Below, piece by piece: positions 55,479 through 64,000 of a stretch of 64,000 bases of DNA. The stretch comes from Antedon mediterranea. Lineage: Eukaryota; Animalia; Echinodermata. The position numbers and the translations under genes are program-made. The notes under the pieces are model-generated. The model did no database searches and had not been told where the DNA came from. It was given only the letters and a program-made list of their open reading frames with translations. How positions within the stretch are numbered: position 1 is the stretch's first letter; each line of letters begins with the position of its first letter. The DNA is taken from contig NC_092672.1 of NCBI RefSeq assembly GCF_964355755.1, positions 34,788,437 to 34,852,436 on the forward strand, written 5' to 3'.

Positions 55479-55661
55479 CTGTAACAAATTTCCTTCAGCG
55501 GCCTTCTTCGGGCCAGCGGGAGAGAAATTCCCGTACAATTCGAGCGGTTTGTGGATAGCCTTCCCGTTATCGTCTGAATATTCCATCTTTAAAACCGCGT
55601 CTTCTTTACACAAAACGCCAATGACTGCTGACAAAAACAGCACATAAGATATAGCTACCAT
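55479..55661 (-). CDS. ZNRF3: ZNRF3/RNF43-family E3 ubiquitin ligase, coding exon 1 (signal peptide + start of PA domain)
   Basis: ATG at 55661 in caagATGg context; 61 codons MVAISYVLFLSAVIGVLC-KEDAVLKM...LYGNFSPAGPKKAAEGNLLQ, resembling the ZNRF3/RNF43 'L.G.FS.AG....AEG.(I/L).Q' segment; ends at CAG|gtaagg donor, phase 0. Confidence 0.9.
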
Positions 55662-55897
55662 CTTGGTATCATTTCCCACAAGATCCAGTTCATATTCAAT
55701 CTCAAACTGTCCAAATAGTTTTAGGTTCTTTTGCTAGGCCTATACAGTCAAGCCGAAACAACACCGCTCTGACACTTGTCTCCACCACCGGCCTACTCTA
55801 TCGTATCGTGTGCAGTGTACTACACTGTGAGGAGTGTGATTGTTGTTGTGTGTGGTGGTTTGTATGCGAACTGTTGAAGCGTAGCAGCTGAAATCCA

Positions 55898-55907
55898 GTC
55901 ACGTGAC
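55898..55907. promoter_or_regulatory. Palindromic E-box GTCACGTGAC in probable ZNRF3 promoter
   Basis: Perfect 10-bp USF / MiT-TFE type motif about 240 bp upstream of the ATG, in a locally CpG-richer region; second TCACGTGAC at 56660-56668. Confidence 0.5.
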
Positions 55908-58900
55908 GAAAACTTATTTTTTTTAAGTACAGGCAGCATGCAGCATAAGTATAGATTACAAATTTGGGACGGACTTGACATTTGACAACTACTAACCGTT
56001 TTTGTTTTCAATTTCCTATTAAATTAACCATCTCTTAGAACTTATTATAAACACTTTCCGCGTGGTACCGTTAAGATCTTTTGGCGTTAATAAACAACTT
56101 CCCTCGTTAAACATGAAAATATCTTGTCGGTAAGATCAAATGATAATGACAAGCAAGTTATAGATGTCACAGGAAAAAAATGCCTCGGGTTTTTATCATA
56201 TTTTCAAAAGGATACTTTATTTAACTGGTCGCTGACGCTTAGTCGCACCGAAATATAATTGATCGTGTGTGTGAATTGATGATAATTTTACCTGATATGT
56301 TTTCGAACAATATAATGTTTGTGAGGGATCTCCATAGAATTATCGAAATTACTAAATGTGGTGCGTGAGAGTAATTTGAGAGCGAGATGAGACTGGTTAA
56401 TAGGCGCATTGATATCATTATCAAGATGTAATTGCCGGCGGTATATATTTGAATATCTTATAAATGATCCATCATGGATATTATATTATACATAGTCTAT
56501 ACGCAATAATATTACAAACATGTTTTTATCAGATAACAAAATCTATATTGAAACAAACGTGCATGTGTTTGTTTAAAAACCGAAAGGTGTTCTAGGCTTT
56601 TGTTATTTTGTGGGGGGGGGGGGGGGAGGGGGGGGGGGCGGTTAAAACGTGTCTCTCCATCACGTGACAATAACGTTACTTATTTTAGTTCTTTCTCACT
56701 TTCATTTTTTAGTTTTTCTTAATTTTAACTTCCAATTTGTAACCGCTTTTTATAACTTTTAAGTTTTTTTGCAACGTGTGAGTATTCTAAATTTAATTCT
56801 TTTTCAAAATATTTTATATATTTATATCTGTTGTTTGTTGTACTAATATCTGCCAATCTTTAAGAAGAATTTCTATTGTTATTTTATTATGATAATGGAC
56901 AAATAAAGCTGGAGTATTCTTCATGGTGTATATGCCTAACTGGCACTATGGACATCTAGCCTAAGTACGGTCTTTTTATTATAACGAGGCCTACATTTTG
57001 TCAAGGACTTCCACTTCCATACCTCATCTACCAAATTGATGATATGATATATTGCAACCCAACGGGCATAGTATGGAATTCGATGGCAGGGCGCATGCAT
57101 ATACTAAAGTAGACTGAGTCCGAATCTTGTGAACGGATTTAAGTCTTCATTTGTCTTTCAATTTATTTGTTTCTTGTTTTTTATTGTATCATTTTGTCAT
57201 TATAGACCTACGCATCGTTATTTAGAATTATTCTATGAATTGTTAAATTTATAGATGGTGCCTTAATTCACCGGGCGTTTCGGGTACTCTTAAAAACCCC
57301 GAAATCGTCTAATTTAGTATCTGTTGATACATGCCCTGTTTAGAATTGGAAATGAAACCATCAAATCATATTTAATATCTTGAAATAGCTGTGAGTAATT
57401 GAGAAACAATAACATTTTGACGAGAAGCGCGCATCAACCGTCATGTCGTCTGCTTTCTCAGAGTAGGCAAATGCCAACTATAAACATCGGTTCGCTTTCT
57501 ATTGAATTCGGGTGTCAAAATTTACGCGCGAAAAGCACACGGTACTATTTTCAATTTCACTGTTCGATAACTCTGTACTTAAAAGAAACCGCCACCGAAT
57601 GTTTGACACCTTCGTAAATATGATTCTTATATCAAACCTTTGATGTTATTGTTTGTTGTTTCTAAGGAGTTATTTCAAAATGTTTAGAAACATAATCAAT
57701 TAAAAGTACAAGCATGAATTGACTTGGATTACCATTCATATCGTCTGATGATGCAGCATCCGTAGATTCAGCGATATTTTTATTCAATAATTGGTCTGAA
57801 TACTGTACTTGTTGTTGAATTACAGGTGGTCCACGTCCATAAAATATTAAAAGAATTATTAAAATCATCAAATGGACATCTATTGTGAGCATTTTGGGAT
57901 ATCGAACAACTGAAAACAATAGCTCACATTTTTCTAGTACGTAACCCCTTAGTAAATATACACGTATTATTATACACACGCATATCGTACATCAACACAT
58001 GTCACATGCACTCGACACAAACTCATTTAAACTCATCTACTAATTTAATCTCGTTTTTAGGTTCATAATACGTCATAAAGTTTTAGAAACCCAAATTATA
58101 GAGGGCGCTAGTGCTTATTTGACTTTTCTGTTGTTGGTGGACAGGGCATGAATTATTGAATAGGACAGGGACTACACCTATTACAAAAATAAAATATAAT
58201 ACAGAAACTTTACAGCCTAGACTTTACATTAAATATGAAATAAAATATGAATAAACTTAATACCAAAAAAGGAACCTACAACATAATTATATACAGATAC
58301 CTAAAACAAGCATGGCAATTTCGAAATGATTCACTGAATTCCATGACTCAATAACTATGTTATCTACATTGCTACATTAAGTAAATTGAAAAAGTGGGGG
58401 GGGGGGGGGGGGGAGGAGTTGGGGGTTTTTCGTAATAAGCTGTTTATCAGTTGATTTTATTTTATTTTATACACTTTTACTATATCTTGTTTTGTATTCA
58501 TTGTGTAAAGTAATGATCTACTGTATGTATCGATGTAAATTGGGGGGGGGGGGGGGTAGGATAGGGGTTGATAGTTGCTTTTGCCTTTTTTAACTTTTCT
58601 GTTAATTGTTATATTTTATATTGTGAAGGATGCACCTTTGTGCTAAGTGTGCCACCGATCTAAAGGTTTAATTCCAAATAAATAAATAAATAAATATACA
58701 ACGTTGTTGCGTCTAGCTATATCTGTATGTAGGCCTTCTGTTTTTTTTTTTTTTGCCATTGCAGAAATTCTACTAAACCATTCATTCATATGACCAGTGA
58801 TTACTTTCCGAAAGAAGCTTCTAAAATTATTTCAGAAAAAAAAATTACATTACCTAAAGATTAATAAATAATTACTTAATGTGTGACACTAATTGGTTAG

Positions 58901-59497
58901 GCTTATCTCAATACATCCCGATTTCACATTATTAGTTTGTTCACTTTTAAAATCATAATTTTCAATATCCGTTTAAAAAAACATACTGCACTGAATACTA
59001 TTCTGTACTCAATATTGTCAACTGGTGGCGCTATTTATGTAAGCCGTTGAAGTAGTATTTACTTTTAAGTACTTACAAAATGATAATTGTCTTTTAGTCG
59101 GACCTAAGTCCATGTTTGCAATCAGTGGTAGTAGTGACCATCATGATACAAGTTGTGGACACCGTTGCTAATTACACATCCGGGAAAAATAACGAGAAAT
59201 ACATTTTTGTAAGTATACTTCTATTTCTATCATTTTGAATAATTTCATTCAGTTGGTATTTAAGTATTTGATATGGGCTTATATTTGAGAAAATTAACAG
59301 ATGTAATTTATCGCTCTTTTGTACAAGGACAACATATTTTACAAGCTTTAAATTATTAATTTAAGCCTATTATTATGTCTATTGCACTCAGTTACTGGAA
59401 GATGACATCTGTTCAAATTTGATTTTGTTTTTTTACTACTGTATATCTGTGTTTTTTTATAGATATTTCAAAGCATTGGCAAATCATCATTTTTACT

Positions 59498-59577
59498 ATG
59501 ATTAATGAGATAACGATTATACAGCTATCAGTGTTAGCTGTTCTATTTGTTGTCGTTACACTCCTATCATTGTTAGC
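59498..59577 (+). CDS. Uncharacterised membrane-anchored repeat protein, probable first coding exon (signal anchor)
   Basis: ATG 59498, MINEITIIQLSVLAVLFVVVTLLSLL(A), GC|gtaagt phase-2 donor; joins in frame to the 60234 exon, placing RKKPSKRKR right after the hydrophobic helix. Confidence 0.65.
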
Positions 59578-59611
59578 GTAAGTAAATTGATACATTATCA
59601 TAAAAAAATTA

Positions 59612-59747
59612 AGTCTTATCTACACTATCAAACTTTATGTGAAAAAAAAATGAGATGTGCCTATATATGGACATGATGATGTCATATCACTACCATATTT
59701 TGGCATCACATATTTTTTGTCAAACTAAATTGATAGTGTAGACAGCT
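59612..59747 (+). mobile_element. MITE family A copy in an intron of the plus-strand gene
   Basis: tctacactatcaaactttatgtga...tgatagtgtagacagct. Confidence 0.8.
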
Positions 59748-60233
59748 TTATACATAAAATACGATAGGATGACACAATTCTGATTCATTTGTCATTAAAT
59801 GCATATGTATGTATTGTATTTGATGGAATTTGAATGCAAAAATATTGAATACACTTTTTTTTTATAAATAAAATATTCTCAAGCGCATGCTGCATGACGA
59901 ATATTATGTAACACGCGAGGTAATTAATACGAGGCCTCCGAGTATCTATACCATTACATTCACACAGCATAACACGAGTGAAATTCGAGGGTAAAATTAT
60001 TTAAATACTTTTGCTCCCTATAATGGTTTCATATAAAAGCCAAAAAAAAAATGCGTGTTGCGTGCACGGACGTCGGATCACACTCGAGTCATTGCTCATG
60101 TATAAAAAGCCGCGATCGCAAAGCCTCAAATAAAACAGTAAAAACCGACAGAATTAATATTTTCACTTGAGATGTTATTTGATATTTTAAATTTAGTACC
60201 GTAAATTGTATACAAATTATGTTTTTTTTTCAG

Positions 60234-60602
60234 GAGGAAGAAGCCGTCAAAGAGAAAAAGACAAATTGCACCCAGCAACACTGTCAATGCAGTTTCTAGC
60301 AACACTGGCAATGCAGTTGTACTTGTACCAATACCAGACAGGACCTCCCCACAGGCGTTCCTAAAAGACGAGGGAACACAATATGACAAAAACATACACA
60401 CAGTGGTCACAATAGAACAGGAGAATGTTGACTCTACAACGAACAAACAGGATCATGATGTTGAATGCGGTATTGTAGCCGTCCCGTTGCCCGGAACCTT
60501 AGCCGGAGGTGTCGATGAAATAGATGGTGGTTCTAATAATGGTAACGGGAAGGAACAGCCACCTCCAAATGGTCACACGACAAACGAAGAGATAATCAAA
60601 CA
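60234..60602 (+). CDS. Uncharacterised repeat protein, exon 2
   Basis: ttttttttcag|G acceptor, 369 nt open (RKKPSKRKRQIAPSNTV...QPPPNGHTTNEEIIK), CA|gtaatt donor, phase 2-2; GC-richer than flanks. Confidence 0.8.
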
Positions 60603-61203
60603 GTAATTTTGTTTAAATATATTTTCTTGTAGTTTCATATGTTACAGCAATTTGTAGTCAGTATAGTTGGTTTTAACTGTGTCATACCGTAGTTGTTCCA
60701 TGTAAAATCATAATTGATATTCTTAGTAGTTCATGTAATCATTATCATCATCATTGTCGTCATCATCATCATCATCATTGCTAGCAAGCTCAACCCACCG
60801 CAAGATGAAGGCCTTTCCATCGTGCCATCTCACTTTAGATCTTTATTGGCGCCTTTGTTTCTTTCTGTTGGTACTGTAGTTCATGTATAGACCTAACATT
60901 CATTCGACCACATCTTTAGTGTTTAGAGGGAACCTGTCATATTAGTACAGTAGTAGTATCATCTGTCTATCGACCGTGTCGCTGCCGTCTTCTTCAACTC
61001 TTCGTCTTCCATTACGCTCATCGCTGTCTCCATCACGACCAACATTATCTTCAGGCTTAGACACGAGATATTAGTCACCGCCGTTCTTGCCATCATCCTA
61101 AGTACAGTCATAATCATCATTTTAGTCTGCTCTTTATCTTCACCTATTGGCAAAACGTGTCCTACCATACGATTTACCAGAACTATCGTGTTTTTATCAA
61201 TAG

Positions 61204-62628
61204 AAACGATGTTCAACCTCCTCCTCCAAACGCGTACCTGGCAGCATATAACTCAATAGATTCACAGCAGCAGACGGCCGCGGCATCTACAGCAGCAGCA
61301 TCTCCCCAGGATGGAAATAATGTTGTACTTGTTGTGAACACGCGAGAGGTCCAACCAAAACCAGAGTCACCAAAAAAAGATAAGAAAGAAAAAAAGAAGA
61401 AAGAAACCAAGACAAAGAATACGAAAGATAAAAAAAACAAGAAGGAACCAACTCAAGAAAATAAACAAATTGATAATAAAATCCATAGTGAACAATCCAA
61501 TGTTAACAATCAACAAACACAACCGAGTTACGCACAACCTTTGCCACAACCTTTGCAACATATGGTTACAAACCCTCAAGAACAAACGGCAGAACGCGTT
61601 ATGAATCCCGTAATTGCGTCAAACAATACGAATAAAACGCAAAGTCAAGCACAGATGGCTGTAGTAGCAGAAAGAGATACGCCACAACGGTCTAATAATC
61701 AACAAACACAACGGAGTTACGCACAGCCTTTGCCACAACCTATGGTTACAAACCCTCAAGAACAAACGGTAGAACGAGTTACGAATCCCGTAGGCCTAAC
61801 TGCGTCAAACAATACGAATGAAACGCAAATCCAAAATCAAACACAGATGGCTGTAGTAGCAGAAAGAGATACGCTACAACGGTCTAACAATCAACAAACA
61901 CAACCGAGTTACGCACAACCTTTGCCACAACCTATGGTTACAAACCCTGAAGAACAAACGGTAGAACGAGTTACGAATCCTGTAATTGCGTCAAACAATA
62001 CGAATGAAACGCAACCACAGATAGTAGCAGAAGGAGATACACCACAACGATCTAATAATGATGCTGCAGGTAACTACGCTGCTTTGGTCGTTGTCACCAG
62101 TAAGGAAATGACAGAGACACCAAATGTAAATATGAATAACAACATCTGTAGATCTACTGACATAGTCACTATAGAACCGGATCATACAGTTAAATTTGGT
62201 GCCATTGGTACAACTGATCTGGTTACCAGAGAGCAGGAAAATGTAGTTCCGTTGGATACCATTGGTGGTACAACTGACGTGGTTACCAGAGAACCGGAGC
62301 ATACAGTTACATCTGGTGCCATTAGTACAACTGATGCGGTGACCAGAGAACCGAAGCATGGAGTTGTACTGGATGCCATTGGTGATACAACTGACGTGGT
62401 TATCAGAGAACCGGAGCATACAGTTGCATCTGGTGACATTAGTACAACTGATGCGGTGACCAGAGAACCGAAGCATGGAGTTGTACTGGATGCCATTGGT
62501 GCTACAACTGACGTGGTTGTCAGAGAACCGGAGCATGCAGTTGCATTTGAAGACTATTCTCCACAATCCATTGATAACACTTCCGAGATTCTGCAAGCGA
62601 CTGGAAACACGACTGACGTTTCAACAAG
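61204..62628 (+). CDS. Uncharacterised repeat protein, exon 3 (Lys-rich tract, 63-aa and 20-aa repeats)
   Basis: tttttatcaatag|A acceptor, 1425 nt open within ORF 61157-62632, AG|gtaatc donor, phase 2-2; length differences between repeat copies preserve frame. Confidence 0.88.
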
Positions 62629-62986
62629 GTAATCATTTGTGCTGTTATATTTATATACAAATTCCAGATAACTTTGAGAGACAGTTTTTTGTATAGGTCT
62701 AGTTATATATTATTTGAATTCGTTTTCTAAATACTGTATAGACATTTGTTAAAACCCCTGACATGTACAGTCAGACTTTTTCTATAAAAAGTATTTGTTT
62801 GCGCTTAGATTGACGTGTTGAACCTAAAACAGTTGGAGTGAAATTTAATGATTAACAATTTTGTATGAAAAAAAAAATACAAAAAGCAGTAACTTCGATG
62901 TATTATGTCAAATATAAACCGTGTCAAACACATTAATTTAGCAAACGTGATCATTATGTATATAAAATGTTGTTTTCTTCACATAG

Positions 62987-64000
62987 TTTTGCGCCAACCG
63001 TCACATCAGCACACGACTCAGTCTCATCAGCGTCAATCAAGGAGAAGGGAGTGACGGAAGTCGGGGATGACAACTCTCTCGGGAATGACACGCCTACGAT
63101 TGCCAGCACGAATAAGGAAACACATGCCAATCATACACCGATGGAACAAGACAGTGAAGATGCTAGTAATTTAAATACACAAGAAGTTAGTTCAAGTGGT
63201 AGGCCTACTGAGGTTAACAAGACCCTAAGGACCGAGGAAACACATATTGAGGAGGAAACAAGTGATAGTTTATGTAATGATGAACCAAGTTCAAACATGA
63301 CTGTAGATAATACAGATAGTAGTGATAACTATGAAGATGACAGTAAAAACGTAATTGCTCCCGATTCGAAAAATGAGGGACCGACAGAAAATGAACGACC
63401 GATAGAAAATAAAGGACCGACGGAAAGTGACGAGAGGATGATGATAGATAACGAAAATGAAATATCACCAGAGGGAGAACTAAATACAATAAAAGAAAAT
63501 GAACAAAATGAAAATGCATTCGAAGAAAATGACGTCAGTCAAAATATAGAACGACTTGCAGAAGAAAATGACGTCATGCAAATATCAGAGCGTCATACGG
63601 AAGAAAACGACGTCAGTCAAAATACAGAACGACTTGCTGAAGAAAATTACGTCACGCAAAATAATGCAGAACGACTTGCTGAAGAAAATGACGTCACGCA
63701 AATATCAGAACGACTTACAGAAGAAAATGACGTCAGTCAAAATAATACAGAAGAACGACTTACAGAAGAAAATGACGTCATTCAAAATACAGAAAGACTT
63801 GTAGAAAAAAATGACGTCACGCAAATAGAGCGGCTCACAGATGAAAATGATGTGAGTCAAAACACAGAACGACTTACAGAAGAAAATGACGTCAGGCAAG
63901 ATACGGAACGAGAAGAAAATGACGTCAGTCAAGATACAGAACGACTTAGAGAAGAAAACGAGAGTGCTCCTGCGATTGCAGATCATTTTGAAACTGGAAA
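62987..64000 (+). CDS. Uncharacterised repeat protein, exon 4 (acidic, EENDVxQNTERL repeats), truncated by window end
   Basis: ttttcttcacatag|T acceptor; frame FAPTVTSAHDSV...DHFETG is stop-free to 64000 by manual translation; absent from the ORF track because it has no stop. Confidence 0.88.

Noticed and set aside
55662-55679. N-terminal extension MGNDTK from the ORF track
   Set aside because: Starts at GTG; the first in-frame ATG is at 55661 and begins a good signal peptide.
63530-63930. Cluster of TGACGTCA CRE sites
   Set aside because: They arise from the Asn-Asp-Val codons of the protein repeat.
61213-63986. Minus-strand and alternate-frame ORFs over the plus-strand gene
   Set aside because: Shadow frames of repetitive coding exons; only the plus frame has consistent splice phases.

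Overview
AT-rich eukaryotic (animal) genomic DNA, most compatible with a marine invertebrate such as an echinoderm (inference only). Two spliced genes are arranged head-to-head. (1) Minus strand: the first four coding exons (55661-55479, 21571-21452, 14796-14722, 4438-4256; all phase 0, GT-AG) of a ZNRF3/RNF43-family PA-TM-RING E3 ligase, covering signal peptide and PA ectodomain. The TM and RING exons were not found and presumably lie left of the window. (2) Plus strand: an unrecognised gene (exons 59498-59577, 60234-60602, 61204-62628, 62987->64000; all phase 2) encoding an N-terminal membrane anchor and a long disordered region with three repeat families. The ZNRF3 introns hold a 169 x 46-bp array, 61-, 24- and 15-bp minisatellites, about 12 copies of one MITE, TTAA-flanked elements, a 6-bp-TSD MITE, a Helentron-type element and LINE/SINE remnants. 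The most notable signal is pervasive TACAGTA/TACTGTA: comparing repeat copies within the window shows these are 5-bp insertions at TA sites, matching Tc1/mariner excision footprints. Also notable are seven ACATCAAAG TCF/LEF sites across the ZNRF3 locus and a 140-bp near-perfect inverted duplication near exon 2. Most long ORFs in the supplied track are repeat artefacts.
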